From NCBI RefSeq assembly GCF_964355755.1, contig NC_092677.1, positions 3,618,101 to 3,682,100 of the forward strand: a stretch of DNA of 64,000 nucleotides. The letters are read 5' to 3'. Numbering within the stretch: position 1 is the stretch's first letter; each line of letters opens with the position of its first letter. Both the position numbers and the translations under genes were made by a program. Below, one piece after another: positions 13,501-25,847 of the stretch. This DNA is from Antedon mediterranea. Taxonomy: Eukaryota; Animalia; Echinodermata. A model generated the notes under the pieces. The model saw nothing but the letters and a program-made list of their open reading frames with translations, had not been told where the DNA came from and did not search any database.

Positions 13501-16500
13501 TAAATTATTTATTTCTACGTGCTCGTATGACGTGATTTTAAGTTGAAATTGTTTGAAAGTTGGTAAATTTACTAGAAAAGGCTGAAAAAACAAAAATCAA
13601 GCAAAAAAAAGATGTTTTTGCGCTACGTGCGCATGCGCGCGTAAAAAATATGCGCACGCGTGGGAATTTTTGAAATGCTCAAAATGACCTGAAACGCGTA
13701 GAAAGTTGATTAGAAATGGATTTTTCGCAATTTGAAATTTTAAACGCGCGTGCGCGCGTAACTTTATGTCAAACATGCCATTTTTAATCCATAGAAAGTT
13801 TGCACTTGATATGACTTAAATGTTCACCAAGTGTCATTACAAAATGACTTTTGCTTTTTAGTGTATGTTAAATACGCGAAATTCATAAAATCGCGCGTAG
13901 CTTACGCTGCGCGACTCTAAAGTAAAAAAACGAGCTGTCCTGCACTTCTACAGATAGAGGTAAATCTTCTGACAAAGTTATACGATGTAATGTTGATCAG
14001 AATTTGAGATACACGTGACACAAAATTTTGGGAAAGAAAGAAGAATAACATAGAAAAAAAAAAAAAAAAAAAAGATCCTGACAATAACAAGAGGTTATCC
14101 GCCAAGTGCGGATAACCAAAAAAAAAAGATCCTGACAATAACAAGAGGTTATCCGCCAAGTGCGGATAACCAACTAGATTTGAACTCGTCACTTCGGACG
14201 AGTTAGGTTATCCGCAGCGCAAAGGCCACGTGCACGTCATACGTTAGAATATTGCGCGCAGAAAAACGATTACGCCATTGAAATAATGTTAGTGCTCTCT
14301 CTATTTTGCGTCACGTCAAAGTATATACGGTATACACCATATTCTGTATACGTACTACATACAGTGCAGAATAGGTGACAATAAGGGACCCAAGTTATTG
14401 ACGTTTTTGGACATGATGACGTCATCACAATTTAAAAAATGGTAGATTATGCGAAAGATAATTGATTGGCCTAGACAATATAACAAAATGGGGGGAAATG
14501 GAATACGGATAAGTGGCGATGCGCTCTATTAAATGTGATGAGCTATGCGAAAGAGACAAAAATGCTATATTTTATATTCGAGTGGCCATACGATGACGTC
14601 ACAATGTCCGGTTAGCCATATCGATGCATGATTTGATATTTACAACTCATCTACTTCCAGAATCTGAAATTTTAAAAATTTTCACCTCGGAGTTTAGAAT
14701 CTATGACTTTTTAAAAAAAGGCATAATTTTCACGAATTTTTGAACTTTTTCATCAAAAACGCGCGCAAATTGTTCAATTCTACGTGCTCGTATGACGTGA
14801 TTTTAACTTGAAATTGTTTGAAAGTTGGTAAAATTACTAGAGAAGGTTGAAAAAACAAAAATCAAGCAAAAAAAACATGTTTTTGCCTTACGTGCGCACG
14901 CGCGCATAAAAAAAATGCGCACTCGTGGGAATTTTTGAAATGCTCAAAATGGCATGAAACGCGTAGAAAGTTGAATAGAAATGAATTTTGCGCATTTTGA
15001 AATTTTGAACGCGCGTGCGCGCGTAACTTTATGTAAAACATGCCATTTTTAATCCATAGAAAGTTTGCGCATGATATAACTTAAATTTTCACCAAGTTTC
15101 AATACAAAATGACTTTTCGTTTTTAATCTATGATCAATCATTGAAATTCATAAAATTGCGCGTAACTTACGCTGCGCAACTCGAAAATCAACAAACAAAG
15201 TTTCTTGCACATCTACAGATATAGGTCAATCTTATGACAAAGTTATTCAATCATTTGTTAGCCAGAATTAGAGATATGCGACCAACAAAATTCGTGGAAA
15301 GAAAGAAGAAAAAAGAAAAAAAAGAAAAAAAAAAAAAAGATCCTGACAATAACAAGGGGTTATCCGCCAAGAGCGGATAACCAACTAGATTTGAACTCGT
15401 CACTACGGACGAGTTAGGTTATCCGCAGAGCAAACGCCACGCGCACGTCATACGTTAGAATATTGCGCAGAGAAAACCATTATGCCATTGAAAAAATGTT
15501 AGTGCGCTCTCTATTTTACGTCACGTCTAAGTATACACAGTATACACTATATATTGTATACGTACTACATACAGTGAAGAATATGTGAAAATAAGTGGCC
15601 CAAGTTATTGACGCTTTTGGACATGATGACGTCATCACAATTTTTAAAACGGTATATCATGCGAAAGATAATTGATTGGCATAGACAATATAAAAAAATG
15701 GGGGGAAATGGAATTAGGATAAGTGGAGATGCGCTCTATTAAATGTGATGAGCTATGACGAAAGAGACAAAAATCCTATATTTTATATTTGAGTGGCCAT
15801 ACAATGACGTCACTATGTCCTGTTAGCCATATCGATGCATGATTCGATATCTACAACTCATCAACTTCCAGAATGTGTAATTTAAAAAAAGTTCACCTCG
15901 TAGTTTACAATCTATGACTGTTTTAAAAAAGGCATAATTTTCATGAATTTTTGAACTTTTTCATCAAAAACGCGCGTAAATTGTTCAATTCTACGTGCTC
16001 GTATGACGTGATTTTAAGTCGAAATTGTTTGAAAGTTGGTAAATTTACTAAAAAAGACAGGAAAAACAAAAATCAAGCAAAAAAAAGATGTTTTTGCGCT
16101 ACGTGCGCACGCGCGCGTAAAAAAATTGCGCACGCGTGGGAATTTTTGAAATGCTCAAAATGACCTGAAACGCGTAGAAAGTTGATTAGAAATTGAATTT
16201 TTGCCTTTTGAAATTTTAAACGCGCGTGCGCGCGTAACTTTTTAGAAAAGTGCCATTTTAAATCCATAGAAAGTTAGCGCATGATATAAATAACACTTTT
16301 GCCAAGTTTCAATTAAAATTGCTTTTTGGTTTTCAATCTATGTTAAATACGCAAAATTCACAAAATCGCGCGTAACTTACGCTGCGCGACTCTAAAGTCA
16401 AAAAACGAAACGTCCTGCACATCTACAGCTACAGGTCAATCTTATGAAAAAGTTACACAATCTTCTGTTTGCCAGAATTAGAGATACGCTGCCAACAAAA

Positions 16501-19500
16501 TTCAGGGAAAGAAAGAAGAATAACATAGAAAAAAAAAAAAAAAAAAAAAAAAAAAGATCCTGACAATAACAAGAGGTTATCCGCCAAGTGCGGATAACCA
16601 ACTAGATTTGAACTCGTCACTACGGACGAGTTAGGTTATCCGCAGTGCAAAAGCCACATGCACGTCATACGTTAGAATATTGCGCGCAAAAAAAAAACGA
16701 TTATGGCATTGAAAAATGTTAGTGCGCTCTCTATTTTGCGTCGCGTCTAAGTATATACGCTATAACACTATATACTGTATACGTACTACATACAGTGCAG
16801 AATAGGTGAAAATAAGTGACCAAAGTTATTGACGCATTTGAACATGATGACGTCATCACAATTTTTAAAATGGTGGATCATACAAAAAGATAATTGATTG
16901 ATCTAGACAATATAAAAAAATTGAGTGAAATGGAATAAGGATAAGTAGAGATGCGCTCTGTCAAATTGACGAGCTATGACGAAAGAGAAAAAAATCCTAT
17001 ATTTTATATTCGGGTGGCCATACGATGACGTCACAATGTCCGGTTAGCCATATCAATGCATGATTCAAGAAAAAAAACTCATCTACTTCCAGAATCTGAA
17101 ATTTTAAATATTTTCACCTTGGAGTTTAGAATCTATGACTTTTTAAAAAAAGGCATAATTTTCACAAATTTTTGAACTTTTTCATCAAAAACGCGCGCAA
17201 ATTGTTCAATTCTACGTGCTCGTATGACGTGATTTTAAGTCGAAATTGTTTGAAAGTTGGTAAAATTACTAGAGAAGGCTGAAAAAACAAAAATCAAGCA
17301 AAAAAAACATGTTTTTGCGCTACGTGCGCACGCGCGCGTAAAAAAATTGCGTACGCGTGGGAATTTTTGAAATGCTCAAAATGACATGAAACGCATAGAA
17401 AGTTGATTAGAAATTGATTTTTCGCATTTTGAAATTTTAAACGCGCGTGCGCGCGTAACTTTTTGTAAAACCTGCCATTTTTAATCCATAGAAAGTTTGC
17501 GCATGATATGACTTAAATTTTCACCAAGTTTCAATACAAAATGACTTTTGGTTTTTAATCTATGATAAATCATTGAAATTCATAAAATCGCGCGTAACTT
17601 ACGCTGCGTAACTCCGAAATCGTCCAAAAGCTTGGCTGCACATCTACAGCTATAGGTAAATATTATGACAAAGTTATACAATCTTATGTTGGCCAGAATT
17701 AGAGATATACGACCAACAAAAATCGTGGAAAGAAAGAAGAACATAGAAAAAAAAAAAAAAAAAAAAAAAAAAAGATCCTGACAATAACAAGAGGTTATCC
17801 GCCAAGTGCGGATAACCAACTAGATTTGAACTCGTCACTACGGACGAGTTAGGTTATCCGCAGCGCAAAGGCCACGTGCACGTCATACATTAAAATATTG
17901 CGCGCAGAAAAACGATTAAGTCATTGAAACAATTTCAGTGTGCTCTCTATTTTTCGTCACGTCTGAATATATACGGTATACGCTATATACTGTATACGTA
18001 CTACATACAGTGCAGAATAGGTGAAAATAAGTGACCAAAGTTATTGACGCTTTTGAACGTGATGACGTCATCACAATTTTGAAAATGGTGAATCGTGCGA
18101 AAGATAATTGATAGACCTAGACAACATAAAAAAATGGGGGAAATGGAATACAAATAAGGGGAGATGCGCTATATTAAATGTGACGAGCTACGAGGAAAGA
18201 GACAAAAATCCTATATTTTATATTCGAGTAGCCACACGATGACGTCACAATGTCCGGTTAGCCATATTGATGCCTGATTTGATATCTGCAACTCATCTAC
18301 TATCAGAATATGTAATTATAAAAAAGTTCACCACGTAGTTTAGAATCTATGACTGTTTAAAAAAAGGCATAATTTTGACAAATTTTTGAACTTTTTCATC
18401 AAAAACGCGCGCAAATTATCCAATTCTACGTGCTCGTGTGACGTGATTTAAAGTCGAAATTGATTGAAAATTTATAAATTTACTAGAAAAGGCTGAAAAA
18501 ACAAAAAACAAGCAAAAAAAGGATGTTTTTGCGCTACGTGCGCACGCGCGCGTAAAAAAATTGCGCACGCGTGGGAATTTTTGAAATGCTCAAAATGACA
18601 TGAAACGCGTAGAAAGTTGATTAGAAATTGATTTTTCGCATTTTGAAATTTTAAACGCGCGTGCGCGCGTAACTTTTTGTAAAACATGCTATTTTTAATC
18701 CATAGAAAGTTTGCGCATGATATGACTTAAATTTTCACCAAGTTTCAATACAAAATGACTTTTAGTTTTTATTCTATGATCAATCATTGAAATTCACAAA
18801 ATCGCGCGTAACTTACGCTGCGCGACTCGAAATTTGAAAATAAAAGTTTCTTGCACATCTACAGCTACATATCAATCTTATGAAAAAGTTATACAATCAT
18901 ATGTTGCCCAAAATTAGAGATATGCGACCAACAAAATTCGTGGAAAGAAAGAAGAAAATAGAAAAAACTAGATTTGAACTCGTCACTACGGACGAGTTAG
19001 GTTATCCGCATCGCAAAACCCACGCGCATGACACCTAAGTTAGAATATTGCGCGCAGAAAAACGATTATGCCATTGAAAAAATGTTAGTGAGCCCTCTAT
19101 TTTGTGTCGCGTCTAAGTGTGTACGGTATACACTATATACTGTATACGTACTACATACAGTGCAGAATAGGTGAAAATAAGTGACCAAAGTTATTGACGC
19201 ATTTGAACATGATGACGTCATCACAATTTTAAAAATGGTGAATCATGCGAAAGATAATTGATTGATCTAGACAATATAAAAAAATTGAGTGAAATGGAAT
19301 ACGGATAAGTGAAGATGCGCTCTATTAAATTTGACGAGCTATGACGAAAGAGAAAAAATCCTATATTTTATATTCGGGTGGCCATACGATGATGTCACAA
19401 TGTCCGGTTAGCCATATCAATGCATGATTCGAGAAAAACAACTCATCTACTTCCAGAATATGTAATTTTAAAAAAGTTCACCACGTAGTTTAGAATTTAT

Positions 19501-22500
19501 GATTATTTAAAAAAAGGTCTAGTTTTGACGATTTTTTGAAGTTTTTCATCAAAAACACGCGCAAATTATCCAATTCTACGTGCTCGTGTGACGTGATTTT
19601 AAGTCGAAATTGATTGAAAATTCATAAATTTACTAGAAAAGGCTGAAAAAACAAAAATCATGCAAAAAAAAGATGTTTTTGCGCTACGTGCGCACGCGCG
19701 CGTAAAAAAAATTGCGCACGCGTGGGAATTTTTGAAATGCTCAAAATGACATGAAACGCATAGAAAGTTGATTAGAAATTGATTTTTCGCATTTTGAAAT
19801 TTCAAACGCGCGTGCGCGCGTAACTTTTTGTGAAACATGCCATTTTTAATCTATAGAAAGTTTGCGCATGATCTCACTTAAATTTTCACAAAGTTTCAAT
19901 ACAAAACAACTTTTAGTTTTTATTCTATGATCAATCATTGAAATTCATAAAATCGCGCGTAACTTACGCTGCGCAACTCCAAAATCGTCCAAAAGCTTGG
20001 CTGCACATCTACAGCTATAGGTCAACCTTATGACAAAGTTATACAATCTTATGTTGGCCACAAGATAGAGATATGCTGCGAACAAAATTCGGGGAAAGAA
20101 AGAAGAATAACATAGACTAGACTTGAACTCGTCACTTCGGACGAGTTAGGTTATCCGCAGCGCAAAGGCCACGCGCACGCCACACGTCAGAATATTGCGC
20201 GCAGAAAAACGATTATGCCATTGAAAAAAAATTTAGTGCGCTCTCTATTTTGCGTCACGTATAAGTATATACGGTATACGCTATATACTGTATAGGTACT
20301 ACATACAGTGCAGAATAGGTGAAAATATGTGACCAAAGTTACTGACGCTTTTGTACATGATGACGTCATAGAAATTTCAAAAAATGTGAATCATGCGAAA
20401 GATAATTGATTGACCTAGACAATATAAAAAAATTGAGGGAAATGGAATACGGATAAGTGGAGATGCGCTTTATTAAATGTGACGAGCTATGACGAAAGAG
20501 AAAAAAATCCTATATTTTATATTCGAGTGGCCATACGATGACGTCATAATGTTCGGTTAGCCATATTCATGGATGATTTGATATCTACAACTCATCTACT
20601 TCCAGAATCTGTAATTTAAAAAAAGTTCACCACGTAGTTTATAATCTATGACTTTTTTAAAAAAGGCATAATTTTCACGAATTTTTGAACTTTTTCATCA
20701 AAAACGCGCGCAAATTTTTCAATTCTACGTGCTCGTATGACGTGATTTTAAGTCGAAATTGTTTGGAAGTTAGTAAATCTACTAAAAAAAGACAGGAAAA
20801 ACAAAAATCAAGCCAAAAAATGATGTTTTTGCGCTACGTGCGCACGCACGCGTAAAAAAATTGCGCACGCGTGGGAATTTTTGAAACGCTCAAAATGACA
20901 TGAAACGCGTAGAAAGTTGATTAGAAATTGATTTTTCGCATTTTGAAATTTTAAATGCGCGTGCGCGCGTAACTTTCTGCGCAACCTGCCATTTTTAATC
21001 CATAGAAAGTTTCCGATTAATATGACTTAAATTTTCACCAAGTTTCAAACCAAAATTACTTTTGGTTTTTAATCTATGATCAATCATTGAAATTCATAAA
21101 ATCGCGCGTAAGTTACGCTGCGCAACTCGGACTGGACCGAAAACCTTATTACGACATCTTCAGATAGAGGTCAATCTTCTGATAAAGTTATACAATGTTA
21201 TGTTAAGAAGATTTTGAGATACACGCGCAACAAAATTCTGGGAAAGAAAGAAGAAAAAAGAAAAAAAAGAAAAAAAAACTAGATTTGAACTCGTCACTTC
21301 GGACGAGTTAGGTTATCCGCAGCGCAAAAGCCACGCGCACGATATAAGTTAGAATATTGCGCGCAGAAAAACGATTATGCCATTGAAAAAAATGTTAGTG
21401 TGCCCTCTATTTTGTGTCACGTCTAAGTATATACGGTATACACTATATACTGTATACGTACTACATACAGTGCAGAAAAGGTGAAAAGAAGTGACCAAAG
21501 TTATTGACGCTTTTGGACATGATGACGTCATCACAATTTTAAAAACGATATATCATGCGAAAGATAATTCATTGGCCTAGACAATATGTAAAAATGGGGA
21601 GAAATGGAATACGGATAAGTGGAGATGCGCTCTATTAAATGTGATGAGCTATGACGAAAGAGACAAAAATCCTATATTTTATATTTGAGTGGCCATACGA
21701 TGACGTCACAATGTCCGGTTAGCTATATTGATGCATGATTCAATATCTACAACTCATCTACTTCCAGAATATGTAATTTAAAAAAAGTTCACTACGTTGT
21801 TTAGAATCTATGACTTTTTTAAAAAAGGCATAATTTTCACGAATTTTTAAACTTTTTCATCAAAAAGGCGCGCAAATTGTTCAATTCTACGTGCTCGTAT
21901 GACGTGATTTTAAGTCGAAATTGATTGAAAATTGGTAAATTTACTAGAAAAGGCTGGAAAAACAAAAATCAAGCAAAAAAAAGATGTTTTTGCGCTACGT
22001 GCGCACGCGCGCGTAAGAAAAGTGCGCACGCGTGGGAATTTTTGAAATGCTCAAAATGACATGAAACGCGTAGAAAGTTGATTAGAAATTGATTTTTCGC
22101 ATTTTGAAATTTTAAACGCGCGTGCGCGCGTAACTTTCTGTAAAACATGCAATTTTCTCTCCATAGAAATTTAGCGCATGATATAAATTAAACTTTTGCC
22201 AAGTTTCAATTTAAATGGTTTAATAGTTTTCGATCTAAATGACATTCTCGAAATTCATAAAATCGCGCGTAACTTACGCTGCGCAACTCGGACGGTACCG
22301 AAAACCTTATTACGACATCTTCAGATAGAGGTAAGTCTTTTGATAAAGTTATATAATGTTATGTTGTGAAGATTTAGAGATACACGCGCAACAAAATTCT
22401 GGGAAAGAAAGAAGAATAAGAAAGAAAAAAAAAAAAGATCCTGACAATAACAAGGGGTTATCCGCCAAGTGCGGATAACCAAAAAAAGAGAAAAAAAAAA

Positions 22501-25006
22501 AAGATCCTGACAATAACAAGAGGTTATCCGCCAAGTGCGGATAACCAAAAAGAAAAAGAAAAAAAAAAAAAAAAAAAAAAAGATCCTGACAATAACAAGG
22601 GGTTATCCGCCAAGTGCGGATAACCAACTAGATTTGAACTCGTCACTACGGACGAGTTAGGTTATCCGCATCGCAAAACCCACGCGCATGACACCTAAGT
22701 TAGAATATTGCGTGCAGAAAAACGATTATGCCATTGAAAAAATGTTAGTGAGCCCTCTATTTTGTGTCGCGTCTAAGTGTGTACGGTATACACTATATAC
22801 TGTATACGTACTACATACAGTGCAGAATAGGTGAAAATAAGTGACCAAAGTTATTGACGCATTTGAACATAATGACGTCATCACAATTTTAAAAATGGTA
22901 AATCATGCGAAAGATAATTGATTGATCTAGACAATATAAAAAAATTGAGTAAAATGGAATACGGATAAGTGGAGATGCGCTCTATTAAATTTGACGAGCT
23001 ATGACGAAAGAGAAAAAAATCCTATATTTTATATTCGGGTGGCCATACGATGACGTCACAATGTCCGGTTAGCCATATCAAGGCATGATTCGAGAAAAAC
23101 AACTCATCTACTTCCAGAATAAGTAATTTTAAAAAAGTTCACCTCGTAGTTTAGAATTTATTACTGTTTAAAAAAAGGTTTAATTTTGACGATTTTTTGA
23201 AGTTTTTCATCAAAAACACGCGCAAATTATCCAATTCTACGTGCTCGTGTGACGTGATTTTACGTCGAAATTGATTGAAAGTTGGTAAAATTACTAGAGA
23301 AGGCTGAAAAAACAAAAATCAAGCAAAAAAAAGATGTTTTTGCTATACGTGCGCACGCGCGCGTAAAAATATTGCGCACACGTGGGAATTTTTGAAATGC
23401 TCAAAATGACATGAAACGTATAGAAAGTTGATTAGAAATGAATTTTTCGCATTTTGAAATTTTGAACGCGCGTGCGCGCGTAACTTTTAAGGAAAGTGCC
23501 ATTTTAAATCCATAGAAAGTTAGCGCATGATATAAATTACACTTTTGCCAAGTTTCAATTAAAATTGCTTTTTCGTTTTCGATCTATGTTAAATACGCAA
23601 AATTCACAAAATCGCGCGTAACTCATGCTGCGGGACTCTAAAGTCAAAAAACGAAACGTCCTGCACATCTACAGCTACAGGTCAATCTTATGAAAAAGTT
23701 ACACAATCTTCTGTTTGCCAGAATTAGAGATACGCTGCCAACAAAATTCAGGGAAAGAAAGAAGAATAACATAGAAAAAAAAAAAAAAAAAAAAAAAAAA
23801 AGATCCTGACAATAACAAGGGGTTATCCGCCAAGTGCGGATAACCAAAAAAAAAAAAACTAGATTTGAACTCGTCACTACGGACGAGTTAGGTTATCCGC
23901 ATCGCAAAACCCACGCGCATGACACCTAAGTTAGAATATTGCGCGCAGAAAAACGATTATGCCATTGAAAAAATGTTAGTGAGCCCTCTATTTTGTGTCG
24001 CGTCTAAGTGTGTACGGTATACACTATATACTGTATACGTACTACATACAGTGCAGAATAGGTGAAAATAAGTGACCAAAGTTATTGACGCATTTGAACA
24101 TGATGACGTCATCACAATTTTAAAAATGGTGAATCATGCGAAAGATAATTGATTGATCTAGACAATATAAAAAAATTGAGTGAAATGGAATACAGATAAG
24201 TGGAGATGCGCTCTATTAAATTTGACGAGCTATGACAAAAGAGAAAAAAATCCTATATTTTATATTCGGGTGGCCATACGATGATGTCACAATGTCCGGT
24301 TAGCCATATCAATGCATGATTCGAGAAAAACAACTCATCTACTTCCAGAATATGTAATTTTAAAAAAGTTCACCACGTAGTTTAGAATTTATGACTGTTT
24401 AAAAAAAGGTCTAATTTTGACGATTTTTTGAAGTTTTTCATCAAAAACACGCGCAAATTATCCAATTCTACGTGCTCGTGTGACGTGATTTTCAGTCGAA
24501 ATTGATTGAAAATTCATAAATTTACTAGAAAAGGCTGAAAAAACAAAAATCAAGCAAAAAAAAGATGTTTTTGCGCTACGTGCGCACGCGCGCGTAAAAA
24601 AATTGCGCACGCGTGGGAATTTTTGAAATGCTCAAAATGACATGAAACGCATAGAAAGTTGATTAGAAATTGATTTTTCGCATTTTGAAATTTCAAACGC
24701 GCATGCGCGCGTAACTTTTTGTGAAACATGCCATTTTTAATCCATAAAAAGTTTGCGCATGATCTCACTTAAATTTTCACAAAGTTTCAATACAAAACAA
24801 CTTTTAGTTTTTATTCTATGATCAATCATTGAAATTCATGAAATCGCGCGTAACTTACACTGCGCAACTCCAAAATCGTCCAAAAGCTTGGCTGCACATC
24901 TACAGCTATAGGTCAACCTTATGACAAAGTTATACAATCTTATGTTGGCCACAAGATAGAGATGTGCTGCGAACAAAATTCGGGGAAAGAAAGAAGAATA
25001 ACATAG

Positions 25007-25040
<34 letters not shown>

Positions 25041-25146
25041 TCCTGACAATAACAAGGGGTTATCCGCCAAGTGCGGATAACCAAAAAAAAAAAAAAAAAA
25101 AAGATCCTGACAATAACAAGGGGTTATCCGCCAAGTGCGGATAACC
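848..25146 (-). mobile_element. Tandem and nested array of 20 non-autonomous Helentron/Helitron2-associated (HINE, DINE-1-like) elements, about 1.15-1.2 kb each
   Basis: On the minus strand a complete unit reads TT-GGTTATCCGC-ACTTG-GCGGATAACC (5' subterminal repeat hairpin), a short core, a T-tract, the body, then GCGGATAACC (3' subterminal repeat), the stem-loop AACTCGTC-CGTAGT-GACGAGTT and CAAATCTAG-T. No target-site duplications. The + strand CTAG ends lie at 848, 2001, 3147, 4794, 5942, 7107, 8225, 9379, 10598, 11751, 12907, 14174, 15385, 16602, 17820, 18968, 20117, 21279, 22628 and 23859. Confidence 0.85.
3147..4711 (-). mobile_element. Divergent, longer (1.56 kb) HINE family member nested in array unit 2
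   Basis: Has its own variant ends (CTAGACATGTAACTCGTCACTTTGACGAGTTTGGTTATCCGC ... GGTTATCCTGCAACTTCGTTGCGGATAACC). It splits the host motif GAAGAACATAGA^AAAA...GATCCTGAC, which is intact at 10510-10560. Confidence 0.85.
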
Positions 25147-25159
25147 AAAAAAAAAAAAA

Positions 25160-25847
25160 TAATAATGTGTTTAAGCCTGCGATAGAGATAAAAAGAAGGT
25201 TAAGATGTACACAAAATTGGATCAGTGAATATTCATGTGTATTGAAAGCCATTCCAAAAGAATGGAAATGTATTTTAAAATCAACACATGACATTAATGT
25301 AAATGATATACCTATTACAAACAATAAGGTCTTAAATATGACGTCTAGACAATTATATAGATTCATAATAGATGCTCAATATATTACACCTACGGCACAG
25401 GTTAAGTGGGAATCCATATTTGGTAATATGCCATGGACAAAAATATGGGTTAAGAAAGTTTCTGGTCTTAAAGAAAAAAAACTGGCACATTTTAATTTTA
25501 AATTGTTGCACAGAATATTGCCAACAAATGAAAGATTACATAGGTGGAGACTTGTAAATTCCCCATGTTGTGACACATGCAATGTTATTGAGAATGATAA
25601 ACATATGTTAGTAGAGTGCATAACAGTAAAATGTTTATGGAGAGAGATAAACGAAATAATTAGAGCAGTAAGCATACATATTCCTGTTTTTTCTTTCAAA
25701 AGACTTTTATTTGAAACTGACAATAATTACGTAAATAAATTATACACTTTAGGAGCATTTTGTATTTATAAAGTAAAGATATTAAGTTTATTGGAAAAAG
25801 AAAAAAAATCAATCTCCTACAAATGTTTAAATCTGAAAAAAAGATAA
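25160..25847 (+). pseudogene. ORF2 C-terminal fragment with CCHC zinc-binding (zf-RVT) region
   Basis: Part of ORF 25071..25847. The first ~30 codons of that ORF are HINE end and poly-A sequence, not LINE. Confidence 0.75.

Noticed and set aside
848-25146. CRISPR array or integron cassette array
   Set aside because: The sequence between conserved ends is homologous across units, not unique spacers or genes. There is no cas gene or integrase, and the context is eukaryotic.
1541-25148. Recurrent short ORFs in the 1.2-kb units (KLRAHARLKF..., MVIRTWRIT...)
   Set aside because: Frames and stops differ between copies and run through homopolymers, so these are chance ORFs in a repeat.
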